DNA of 64,000 nt from Phoronis australis (Eukaryota > Animalia > Phoronida). The notes below the pieces were generated by a model that did not search any database, was not told where the DNA came from, and saw only the letters and a list, made by a program, of their open reading frames with translations. The position numbers were made by a program, and so were the translations under genes. Below, one piece after another: positions 43,279 to 55,966 of this stretch (position 1 is its first letter; every line of letters starts with the position of its first letter). The stretch is from contig NMRA01000003.1 of NCBI GenBank assembly GCA_002633005.1, positions 1,540,503-1,604,502 on the forward strand. The letters are read 5' to 3'.

Positions 43279-45823
43279 AATCCTGACAGGTTTGCTCTGT
43301 CTTACTGTTTGAAATGCCGAGTGTGAATGTAATATTGTGCTGCTTTACACTGCATTGTGTCAGCATGAATACTGCTTTGTGTTTGAATGGTTACCTATGT
43401 TCCGATCACGTGAGACTGAGCGTACTCAGTCACTACAGCTAATACTAGTCTGTCTGTTTCTTTGAGCGCATGATGAGTCTAGATGACGTAGTCGTGGACA
43501 TGCACATTGACTCACCTGGACACAGTTAGAACATAGTCTGCGTTGCCTGGATAAATGCATTCATTCGTCCCATGCAACTTGTTTTATTTGACTCCCGAGC
43601 TGGTGGAGCTAGTAATTGATCAAATCTTGCGGTAGTACTCCGCGAAGCTTCACCTGTCCTTCCATTCTAATCCTTTCTCAAGACCAGAGAGAGGGACACT
43701 CCCAAGAGGATTTTAGCAAGTACCGTAGTACAGAATTGATTTATCGTTATCTGTGAACTTTCATTTATGGATAAAGACCTTCAACATATCTTTATTCTGT
43801 TAGCTACAAAAGCATGTCTGGGGTTTCCTTGAGTGAAGTTATCAAAATTCCTTGAAAAAGAAACAGAAGTCTTGATTTTGACCTTGTAAACTCTCCTTAC
43901 GGGCTAGAAGACCTCAAAAGAAATTACCAGACACACTTTAGTAGCCAATAGAATAAAGGACCAAACTTGCGAGTCTCTTACAAAAATATTATGGTGTTGA
44001 TTTGTAAGATATACAGCAATCTCTGTGAATGATAATGATTTTTGAGAAAAATAATGTAATTGTGTTATTACTAACATTTGGTCATGGCTTTCACACATTG
44101 CACAATTTTCTGTGATCATCAGTGATTTTAAAAATAATTACACAGTTTTATGGGTCTGTTATTTATACTTAAAAAAGTTATTAAAGATACCCGATCCTTG
44201 ATAATGAAGGTGTCCTAATATATTAACCATTGCATCCATTGATTTTTGCAGTGGCCCAGCAATGGGTGCAAAAAGTTACTTTTTGGGAATTTCTGTCCTG
44301 TTGGTGAAGGCGCAGGTTATAAAAGAGACAACAATATTCCAAATGCATTTTCATGAACATGTGATTCCGCCAATGAAAACAAAGGATACTGCATAGTTTG
44401 TTGACATTTGTTTAACCTTTTGTATGCCAGTACTTGTAAACTCATTCTCCAATAATTGTTGTCCTACCTGTGGAAGAAGCAATGTGAAAAATCAATGATG
44501 TGTAGCAGTTATAACCACATCAGCTGGTACCAGGGATTTCCAGTAAAGCGATGTCACTAGAAAGCACTGTGTGGGCACTTTTTTGGAAATGAAGGAAAAA
44601 GCTCCCATGATGCTTTTTTGGGAACGGATGATGAGACTGACAATAGGCTTGATGGTTATATGTCGAAGGAGGAAGTGGAGTTGAAATCAACAGTTAAGGT
44701 ATAAGTGGAACTGTAGTATCTGACTGTTAGAAATACACGTAGCTTAGTTCAATATTGTTTAACAGTGTCAGCACCTGCCTAAACTGAATAATGAGTAGGG
44801 ACTTTTTATAGTGGCAATCTCTGGAGTAATGAATGTATAAAAGTGACTTCCGATTGATCGCGATTCAAATTTGGTGGACAGAATCCGATTACTAGTGGTT
44901 GATAAATTTTAAAGCAGAGGAATGAAATACAGTGTCAGTCCTTTCGTTGTTGGATTACTTTGAGTGTTTTTTGACACCAGCTGATATTGAAATTCTGCTT
45001 TATCAGCCACAGCCACTGGTTTTGTCATGGATGCTTATTGGCAGTGGGAACTTTATTGAACATGATGTCCTGGTTCATCTGTTCATATTTTAAAAGGTTT
45101 GTCTTTTTCATAAGACAGTACATACCATCGCACAGCAGTCCGTGGAAATTTCCCAGCATTATAATAGCAGGCAACTTGGTATTTAAAGCGCCAATAATTG
45201 TGTACCAGTAGGTTGAAACCTCCTGTCTGCATTACATGCAATCTGTAGGTGGCGCTGAACGCCTGTCCACCATTTAGCTAATTGCCATCTAGCGTCAGCT
45301 TCTTCGAAAGTTAGCTATTAAGCTAAAACTAACCAAGTGGTTTTTCTGTCTTCTTGTCTAATTGTCTTTCACATCAGGCACTGAAATAACCTCAAGTGTT
45401 AATGAATGTTATGTAATGACATAAAATGAACTAATTCTACATGCTTATAACAATGTAAATGGCACGTACCATCAAAGTCATTTCAAAGATGTCAAGCTGT
45501 GTCAATAGGACAACAAAATCAAGTTTTGAAAAAAACTAATTCCATAGACGCTTTTTTTGGAAATCTCTGGTAGTACATTGTATTTCAAGTGGCGGTTGGC
45601 ATAACTTGTTATTGCACAATCACAGACCATTTTATCAACTTAAGGAATTTCTTTAGCTTAGATATAGTTGTATGCTCATAATTGCGCTGTCAAGACTGCA
45701 TTTTTTATCTGAACATAGCTTTGTAATCTCACCACTTTGATTTATAAGCCATTCTAATGAATGTGTGTGCAAAAATCAAAGTTACAACTGTGACTGTTGA
45801 TAAAGCAGGCCAAGTTTGTCCAC

Positions 45824-46069
45824 TACGGTAAAATCTCACCAAATTCGAACAAAAATAATTGCCAAAAATGCCCGTTTTTCATTTTCAATAGCTTCTAACC
45901 TTGTTGTGAATTACTGCAAATTTTCAAAACCACTTTGATGATAGTTGTGATATAAAACTTGAACATAGAAAATCATTTAATTTTGTGCCACATATCTTTC
46001 TTGGAAAAATGACGAAAAAAATTCTCTTGTTGGCCATATTGTGTCTTAAATTGGTAAGATTTTTCCGTA
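45824..46069. mobile_element. TA-flanked MITE; related copy ~41524-41710
   Basis: TIR tacggtaaaatctcaccaa / ttggtaagatttttccgta. Confidence 0.65.
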
Positions 46070-48755
46070 CATTTTTTGCTAAAATTACTGTTATTAAGAC
46101 GTATATGTGCTTTCTATGACATTCAACCTTTTGTTTGTGATCTGTGTCATGATTTGCCCGTCAGACTCGCTAACTTGTCCTACTTAAGGGCCCCCATTGA
46201 TAGCAGTGAGAACTGATTAGGCTACCCTCATTGTAAATACTACAATAATTAATAATACCGGTAATAAATGAATAATAAACTAAGTTTATGTAGGATGCTA
46301 GAAAATGAACATCGTATCTCAGAAATAGGTGTTGGATTCATATGAAACTTTCAGATACTTTCACATTGTTCTCCAAAAATCTGTACTGAAAAGTGTTTTA
46401 AATGTTCCATTTTGTATGAGAGTCTATCAAGAAATGGGACTTTTGTGATTTTCTTGAAAAATTTCAACAAAAGTTGCATAAAACAGAAATGAAATAATTT
46501 AGAAAACTGTAACAGCATTTTTGGGGTTTGGTATTGAACATTTATTTATATGAAATGAAATTTTGTTGTGATATTGATACCGCTGTTTTTGCAATTAAAC
46601 TGTACCTTCGTTTTGGCAATTGATAAAAAGTCAAAAACAAATTCTACAGAATTTTTACTTTCAGGAAATATATTCATTTACAGAGTGAAAATCATAATGT
46701 ACACACACTTGTGATAAGGTCCTTCATAACCTTAATGTCACCTGTCAATTAGGCTACCTGACTGACGGCTGTCAATTAGGCTACCTGACTGATGGCTACT
46801 TCTAGCAGCACCTATGCTACCCTTCTTAATGTTTGGTACTGTTCTTGTTTGTGTTAACACCCTTAAATTGGGAAACTCAAAACTTAGGGGATGGGCGTTA
46901 TGCCAGAGCATGGAGTTTTAAACACAAAATTTTAAAGATCGTGTCCTTATTTGATTGGTGGATTGGACTTAAACGTCCATTGAGCTTGAACTTTTAAGCC
47001 AAATGATAGGATGGCAAAAAGTGTAGGTAAGTATGTGTTGCATGTTTTGAGAACTAATGTTCATGCGAGACCAATACTTTCAAGTGGAATTGGGTGTACA
47101 GATAAGCAGGACCATTTAAAGCTATAAATTTGGAGATTTCGTTGATGGGCTCTTAAGCTAAGGATGGGTGTTAACCTGAGCGAGTACGGTTTAATGCATG
47201 CAACATACCTACTGTAGAACCTAGAAACAATTTAACATTCACTGGTTCTCCCCTGGTGTTGTGCACATACTTTGAGGAAGGACCTAATGCCGGAATGGAA
47301 ATTTTCTGTTAGCAATGTTATTTTTACTTATCTGAGCATAAGCGCAATATGCATACACATATGATTATGTTTAAAATGGTTTGTCGGCTTTATATCAAAT
47401 TATCACACGTTGATCTTTCACGATTAATATTTTGCAGGGTTGTAACGTCATGTTTATATCTCAGTTTTCCTGAGCCTGTCTGCAGTTTTATTGTCAGTAG
47501 TCATGTTGATATGGGCTAGTTGAAGGAGTTCAACCATTTTTACATAAAAATAATTTCTTGATATGGAATCACAAATGGTTATTCATTCTGGTTTCTCTTA
47601 CAGACTTCTGACTATTTTATTTAGACCTCATGTGATTGTTCTAGTCCAATTTTGTATTGAAATAGCAGTAATCACCTCATACCTTAAAATGCGTGGAATG
47701 TTCCAAGGGTATTCGTGTTATTGCTTTGTGTTACCTTTGGATTTTATTAACCAAAAACTGAAGTAAGTCATTTAAAATGGAGCTGGATCTTCTTTGTTGC
47801 TTGTTTTTTAGCTATTGCCCATACATTGCCTGACTGTCTGTCCCAGCTTCCTTACACCACTGGGATGTTATGCACACAAAATGAGCTGTTCAAAAGTTTC
47901 AATTTTATTTTGCTTTGGCGTCCTTTCTATTGGTCGCTTTCTATAAAAATGTTTGCACCTAGTGAGACTGTAAATGGAGCGATTTTTATGTGGTCACATG
48001 ATCTACCTAAGCTTCTTATCACTGATGGCATGGTGTATGTTAGATCATGTAGACGCCTTCCAATTTACCATTGTATCACTGCAGGCTATGAGCTCGTTTG
48101 CACCATGGAATATTGAAACACATATGTTCAGCTGGTCAGATGGTAGTTGTAGGTATTTATGAAAGTACATGCAGTGTGTTTGCTTACAGGTTCTTAACAT
48201 CTTCATTGAGTGGGGTGGTGTACTTCAGGCAGAGTTAGAATGGATTAGAGATTTCTGTCCAAAGTTAATATGTCAGGATGACACGGAACTTTGTCAGCTA
48301 TCCAGATGCACTGATTCAGTCTGAGATTGAAGATGTTCAGTTAGAGCTGGTAGAGCTGTCAGATTTGGTACCTACTGATGCTACGAGACATCCTAGAGTT
48401 TCAAGACAAAGGTAGGTAGAAAGTGTTCGCAGGGTGTGTATTGGTAATTCAAATGAATCCGGTGGGGGGAGGAATACCCCCAGTGTTTGTATTGGGAAAA
48501 TGGGAAATTCAGATGCGTGTGGGGGAGAGGGGATAAACAGGCGCTATTATTACCTCGTCGAAGAGACATTTCGGCAAGGGCCAAGATCATGAATAGCGAT
48601 TAGCTCACTTCAATCTGTGAACACGCTGGATTAGCTCACTTCATTCTGTGAAGGCGTCATCAAGCTTTTGATGTTCCAAGGAATTCACTGGATACTCAGT
48701 GGGGTGAACAGTGCACGCTTTCTAGTCCTCTTGCGTGCAAGTCCTGTTAGCTTAA

Positions 48756-51700
48756 AGTCCCTATAAAATGAGCCAACTGCCTTTTAGATATGTTAAATAC
48801 ATGTACTTTTGTGCAACATATCTTTGTTTTGTTTTATTCCACAGAACCACTAACTAATTACTACGCATTTTGTGCCCCCCATATTATGTGCCCCCATCAG
48901 AAACCCCTTTTATCCTCTCGACGAATCACAGTAGACTGGCCTATTGACATCATCGTTGAGAACGAGCAACACATTACCGCGCTAACCACAACCTGTAGTG
49001 AGCACCTGATCGGCTGCTGGGACAATAAAAAACAAAGTAGTTTTGCTCAAGGAACGTCACCAATTACATCGCCGACGTTAGGCATCAATGTCGACTGATA
49101 ATGCAATATTACTATAAGCAAAACAATGGTGTCAGGCAAAGCACCCTTCGAACCGAACAGCGGCGTAGATCTCGGATAGGGTCTGCCATCGATTCACTCA
49201 CGACCCACGACGAACCAATTTTCGAAGTATTTGCACCCACGTAAAAGGTCCTACAACAGCTACGTTTCGTACTGAATCTGACAACGGCAAACTTACCGAA
49301 CTCTGTGGTGGAAAAAAATACTTATTTTTCACGTAAGATGTCTTGATTATCCACTAACAATATCCTCGGCAATAAATCACCGCGACATGGTCGGTACCCG
49401 ATTTTATACGATCGTGGCTCAGAAATGTCGTCAATTAACGGTGTGGGTGAATGTAGCCTACGTCTCTTTTTTATCGCAAAAAAACAAACGTAAGGATGAC
49501 AACCCTTGGCTGTTACTTGCCAAACGACAGTCACAACTTGTCTTGCATCAGAATAAAAGTAAGTCGACAACAAATTCTCAAGCCCTCTTTTCTGGGACAG
49601 CACGCGCGACATATATATGAGTCATCTGTCACTCACGTGTTGCAGCCAATGTATCAGGTACTCCAGCGGTGAGAACGTAGAGGTGCACACCTCCCAAGTC
49701 GCACATCAAAAGAGTACGGCGGCCGTTCTAAATAAAATATTGCACTGGCTTGGCTCGGTTAAGTGCTTGGGTGTTGCATATACTCGAATGCACGTGACCA
49801 TAAGATGAGCGCTGATTCAACTTGAGTTTTGTGGCACATTCTTTGAAATCTAACATCGGGAAAGGGTGCACTTATAAATCCCGCACGTGAACGTCAGGCA
49901 ATACGGCTTTGGGTACACTTTGAAGGCACGCACTGAAAAAAGTGTGCAGTCAGCATGTCGATGGGTTGTGCTATGACGGGTACGGCATATTTCCCTGACT
50001 TCAAAGTATAAAATGCCTTATGCAATTGGTCTTTCAAATCGAACACTAGTTAAAATATGACAACCTATTCGCAGCGCTAACTTTGTCCTTTGTGTTCAAT
50101 ATTTTGTTTCCACCTCAATCGCACTTAGATTTTCCTGCAGATCTCACTAATCGGCGTGCAGCTAGCTGCGTCGGTTACGGGTTAAAGTTTCGTATGCCTT
50201 GTGTAAAATGCCTTTGTCTTCAAATGACGGTCCGTAGCGAGTTCCGTGACAATTGGCCGGTAAGTTTCCCCTTCTGTTTCACTTATTTACTCGGATTCTT
50301 CTGGCTTGAACAAACACGGCGCTAATCCATCCAAACGTTGTTTCTACATTTTCTTAATCTTCCATTTCGCAGTACTTTTCATTGAACGTCCGTCCATTGC
50401 AAGGTATTAGGCCTATACTTTTCTAACCCAAGTGCGAAAAGTCTCGCCATTCTTTTCCATCGTGCTGCGAGTGAGCCTTTCGCTTCGTTAAGATGTGTAA
50501 CGCCGACTTACTCCCCGACATAATCCCGTAATTATCACGGAGCGACTACAAACAAATTAATTCTCCGGTACACGCATTCCGCCAGGATGTCGCCGTGGGT
50601 CCGACAAATCTCCATTCATTGCAAACCTGTCCCCCAATGCACGCAGGGACCCAGTTTGTTAAATCTGTTTGTTAAACCCCGACGTCTTTGTGAATAAGTA
50701 TTTGATGTTAGACTGAGTAAGTGGTCCCCACCGAGAACGCGCTACTGTCTTTGGCGACGCTAAACTATCAAGGGACAGTGAGTTGTAGGATATTACATGC
50801 ACGTGGAAGTGTCGAGATAAGTGTCGTATAGTATTTGAGCTTGGTTGTCTCTAACAGTTGTAATTTTGAAAATCTGTGACTTGAAATATGCACCAGACAC
50901 CGTAAGGTAAGCTTCCTGTGGCAACGGACTGTTCGATAGGTATTGGGTATCAACGATGACGTCATTTGCGTCGATTAGAACGAGCGCCACCTAAAGTTTT
51001 TTTTCGGCGCTAAATGGGGTTCATGATGGGNNNNNNNNNNNNNNNNNNNNNNNNNNNNNNNNNNNNNNNNNNNNNNNNNNNNNNNNNNNNNNNNNNNNNN
51101 NNNNNNNNNNNNNNNNNNNNNNNNNNNNNNNNNNNNNNNNNNNNNNNNNNNNNNNNNNNNNNNNNNNNNNNNNNNNNNNNNNNNNNNNNNNNNNNNNNNN
51201 NNNNNNNNNNNNNNNNNNNNNNNNNNNNNNNNNNNNNNNNNNNNNNNNNNNNNNNNNNNNNNNNNNNNNNNNNNNNNNNNNNNNNNNNNNNNNNNNNNNN
51301 NNNNNNNNNNNNNNNNNNNNNNNNNNNNNNNNNNNNNNNNNNNNNNNNNNNNNNNNNNNNNNNNNNNNNNNNNNNNNNNNNNNNNNNNNNNNNNNNNNNN
51401 NNNNNNNNNNNNNNNNNNNNNNNNNNNNNNNNNNNNNNNNNNNNNNNNNNNNNNNNNNNNNNNNNNNNNNNNNNNNNNNNNNNNNAGTACGAAACGTAGC
51501 TGTTGTAGGACCTTTTACGTGGGTGCAAATACTTCGAAAATTGGTTCGTCGTGGGTCGTGAGTGAATCGATGGCAGACCCTATCCGAGATCTACGCCGCT
51601 GTTCGGTTCGAAGGGTGCTTTGCCTGACACCATTGTTTTGCTTAGTAATATTGCATTATCAGTCGACATTGATGCCTAACGTCGGCGATGTTTCTAATTG

Positions 51701-52005
51701 GTGACGTTCCTTGAGCAAAACTACTTTGTTTTTTACTGTCCCAGCAGCCGATCAGGTGCTCACTACAGGTTGTGGTTAGCGCGGTAATGTGTTGCTCGTT
51801 CTCAACGATGATGTCAATAGGCCAGTCTACTGTGATTCGTCGAGAGAATAAAAGGGGTTTCTGATGGGGGCACATAATATGGGGGGCACAAAATGCGTAG
51901 TACTTAGTTAGTGGTTGTGTGGAATAAAACGAAACAAAGATATGTTGCACAAAAGTACATGTATTTAACATATCTAAAAGGCAGTTGGCTCATTTTATAG
52001 GGACT
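48756..52005. mobile_element. TTAA-flanked DNA element with >=515-bp terminal inverted repeats (Kolobok-like)
   Basis: TTAA|AGTCCCTAT...ATAGGGACT|TTAA; arms 48756-~49273 and 51486-52005 nearly identical (mirror ORFs 48790+ and 51971-); gap 51031-51485. Confidence 0.85.
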
Positions 52006-52009
52006 TTAA

Positions 52010-53100
52010 GACACTATGAGAAATGGTTTTTTAACAAACAGCTAGTTGATGCTGTATCTCATTATAAATATCTTGGTGTTTTTGTCACACCTAAATTGTC
52101 ATGGTCAAAAGCGACAAAAACTCTTTCTTGTCAAGCAAATAAAGCTGCATCATGTGTTTTGAAACTACAGCGCAGATGTCGCGATATGCCCCCCTCATTT
52201 GTCTTTCAGTTATTTGATAAACTGGTGTACCCAACATTGTGTTACGGTGCCGAGATTTGGGGTTTTAAAGAATACGAGTGTTTAGAAAAAAATCATTTAA
52301 GATTTTGTAAATGGACCTTGGGACTAGGCAGTTCTTGCTCTAGCGCTGCAGTATTGGGTGAATGTGGCAGATACCCTATGTTTACGAGATACTTTGTTAG
52401 CTGCATTAAATACTGGTTTAAAATTTTGAATATGCCACAGGAACGTTATCCAAAGGCCGCTTAAAAAATGTTGTACAGACTAGATGAAAATGGTAGACAT
52501 ATGTATAATTGGGCAAGCTCTGTCTGCAAATTATTGTCAATGTATGGTTTCTATGATGTTTGGGTAAACCTAAGGAGTCGCGTGTCAAGAGTCGTTTGTA
52601 AATATTTTCTCACAGCGGGTTAAGGACTGTGCTTTGCAACTATTACAAAAATTTTAAGGTTGTATTTAAACATGAAAACTATTTAGAAATTGAAAATCTT
52701 CCAAGAGTGTTCGTGCAAAGTTTTACATGTTTTCGATGTGCCAACCACAGACTGGCAGTAGAAACTGGTCGTCACGTACATGTGATATATCAAGACAGTG
52801 TGTCTACCTTATGCTCGAGGAGTTGTGTCGAGGATGAATATCACTTTTTGTTAGTTTGCGATGCTTTTTCCGAAATCAGAATTAAGTTTATAAAGAGAAC
52901 CTCTGGACAAGTCCCACTTTAGTTAAATTTCATAGACTATTATGTAATCCCGATATCTCAGTTGTGAAATATGTATACTACGCATATAAAAAATGGAAAA
53001 GCTTGTGTATTACTGACTAGTGTGCATAGCACTCCAATGATCTTGTTTGCTTGTTTGTTGTACTTTGGGCCGATGGCCATGTGTACAAATAATAGAAGAA
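52010..53100 (+). mobile_element. 5'-truncated, decayed non-LTR retrotransposon (RTE-X-like ORF2 C-terminus)
   Basis: YKYLG, YGAEIWG, AVLGECGRYPM, IKYWFKIL, HRLAVETGRH, VEDEYHFLLVC; stop and frameshifts; 3' gggccgatggcc + A-rich tail. Confidence 0.9.
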
Positions 53101-53389
53101 TAACTAAAATAAGATGAATTTAAATACTTCTTGTTGGCAACATTGCCAAGGAATGGGAGTTTTTATTTCCTTAAAAAGCTTGAAAATTACATTCTTCTAC
53201 TCCTTTAAAGAAGTACAGAAAAGCCAAGCACGGGTATTCATGTACATTCAAGCTTGATCGTACCCTAGAGAGATCAAGTATATATTTTTTTATATCTACC
53301 AAGCTTAGAACAAATTTTTGACATCACTACTGAAATCTGTCGTGGGTGCTCATCCATAGGAATGTCCCCCTAGTAGACCTACGCCTGAT

Positions 53390-53525
53390 TTTGTCTCGAT
53401 GGATGCTTCCATCATCGTGTAGACACTCATTTGCTCTATTCAGCATTTCAGCCATTACATTACATAACACATTAGTTGATACCCCAGCAATTTATTTAGG
53501 AATACTATCCTTAATGAGTTCAGAT
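53390..53525 (-). mobile_element. Possible Tc1/mariner transposase C-terminal relic
   Basis: ELIKDSIPK*IAGVSTNVLCNVMAEMLNRANECLHDDG resembles mariner-family C-termini. Confidence 0.35.
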
Positions 53526-55825
53526 GTCTTGCAGTTTTTCTATGTCTTTAACTATGTCCACTAAGAGTAGGCTGTGAATTCAGGTGCGGTGAGCCCGTTG
53601 TACCGGGAATAATGACCAGATAGTCTCTACAACAAATGGTGTAAGGGCCATCTTCTGTAAATAGATGGTCCTTGTGCAATGGATGGAACTAATTGATCAA
53701 CCATTGAATTGATGTTTTGTAACTAATTTAGCATCTCATCAGGTTCTATTGTTCTATTGTGTACATCTGACATAATCATTTATAGTACAATTCCAAATTG
53801 CTTCCACAGTTTCTCAGCAATATTAGCGATATTCTCACCTTACGAAGGCTTTAAACAGATGAAACCCTGAACCATCTATCTTTAAGCTGTGGTCTGTTTG
53901 AATGTTCTAAGCCTTGAAATTTTGTCCTCAAAACACTATGCAAAAACAAACCAAACAAATTTTGGCTGTCCAGAGAACATGTACTAAGTACAAAACAGTT
54001 CTAAAATTTATGCCAGATTACTGATTAAATCATTGGAATTTGAGGACCAAAATTGTTCGGTCCACTCTGAGTTGGGTATGCAGGGGTCTTGCTGGCTGAA
54101 TGCTGCTGACACGCTCATCAACCAATGACAGCATTAGAGTAGGTTATGGATGACTTGTTCCTTGAGTGGTGCTCATACCTGCTCACAGACCAATGACTGC
54201 TCTTTCATTGCATCTAGTTTATAGTAAAAGCTATTTTTATATTATCAGTACACTGGACCTGTCAGATTTAATATCGCTGAAAGTCTTGATGCTAATTCAC
54301 ATAGACAAGTGATTGTGTCGTGAAAGAAATCTCTTGGTGTGGTAATTCATCATGATAATACTGCATACTTTAATAAAAGAAAGAAAAAGGAAGGTTTTCT
54401 GTACCTGTTCTAAAATAAGCGTAACCTTTCAAAGTAGCACATGGCTAATGTCAATTCTGGCCTGAGTTGAGATGTGAATTGTGATAACTGCCTTCTTGGA
54501 ATTCACACAAATTTGATTTTGTAGTTGCCAGGACTGGCTGCAATGTGAAAATGTCAAGGGTTTTAGTCTGCCAGGCTTAGCTGGTTTTTGGTAATCTTTT
54601 CATGATTTTTTGGGAAAGTTTTTGTGTAGTGCTGATGAAATCCACCCCCAGTCCTGAGGAAATGGCAGCCACTAAATGGCACAACGGCCTGTCATTGATT
54701 ATTGTTGAAGTCATAACAATTGTCTTATACTATTGAAGTTTCTGATACCCTGATGCTGGTAACACATCAGTAGGTAGGTGTCACAAGTGAAGTAAGGGAC
54801 CTTCCCACAGAAATGCCTACATTCAGGCAATTACATGGGTCCCTTATCACTTGGCAGACACCCCTTCAAGCAGATGAACTGTTTTCTGCTCTCCAACCTA
54901 TTCAAATGTTATTAGCATCACATACCATTTACCAAGTCCCTCATTTCCACTTTAAAGTTAATCCCTTTGCTATCATAAGAGGGGCCAGATCTACAGGTCA
55001 ATGCTAAAGTTTGTAGTCTCAATTTCTTGGTATTGAAATTGAGTATGTGGTTTTGTTGTGTGAGGTGATCTGTTTGACACTTAAATGCCACAAATTGAAC
55101 TCCAGACCTACTAAGCTGGAGTGTCTATTGTCCAGGATGGACGTAAACTGGCTGTAAATCTTTTGTGTTTGAATATTTTGAATATTTTGTTCATTCTTTT
55201 TATTTCTATGTGAATATGTTAGCATTGCATAAAACTTCAAAGGTTATAGACACTCTAAGTTTGCTGCATGCCATAAATATTCTTCAGTAATAACAATTTA
55301 ACACTCCACATCCATGTTACAATTTGTTATCCAACCTGTGAATTTTTGGTACTTGAATCTAAGTTTTATATTAGTTTGCATGGTATCAGTATGAAAGGAC
55401 AGTTAATGATGTTGTTTAGATGATATTTGAGAGGAACCAGATTTTGGAATCACTGTTTGCTCCAAATGCCAATAGATGGCAGTTAGTTACGTCTTCTTTC
55501 TGTCCATGGATGTGTGCTAAGAGTCTGGCAATGTTATGCCATGTTTTTACCTCAGTTCAGTGCATAAGATTTCCTGTTGGCTCATTTTTATAAGTAAGTA
55601 ATGGGTAAGCACCGCTGAAGTGAGTTACTATTGAAGACCCTACTAGCAAATTGATTTTTTTTTTAAATAAATGGATATTTCAAGTGCTTTGATTTTTTAG
55701 TTCATTTTTATACAAGTAGTATATCAAAAGTTGTTTGCACACCGCAGTTGAGCAGGAACTGTTTGGAATATTATGACTGCGTGATGCTGTAGTCAATAGC
55801 TTAATACTCATCATGTCTGTTACAG

Positions 55826-55966
55826 CACTGAGGAGGACGATGAAGCAGAATTGTATGACTTTGAGGATTTTCTAACTGCACCTGACAATCTCACAACTCT
55901 AAACAACTCGTGTGATATACGGGTATATTCTGATTATGGATTCATCAGCAAGTCGGCTAAATCTCT
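55826..55966 (+). CDS. 141-nt acidic coding exon (TEEDDEAELYDFEDFLTAPDNLTTLNNSCDIRVYSDYGFISKSAKS), phase 2-2
   Basis: tctgttacag acceptor, gtaagt donor, open frame, protein-like composition. Confidence 0.7.

Noticed and set aside
51010-51528. Long ORFs across N runs (also 23046-23322)
   Set aside because: Open only because of assembly gaps.
48790-51971. Duplicated gene MLNTCTFVQHIF...
   Set aside because: Mirror ORFs arise from the element's inverted repeats; no protein-like features.
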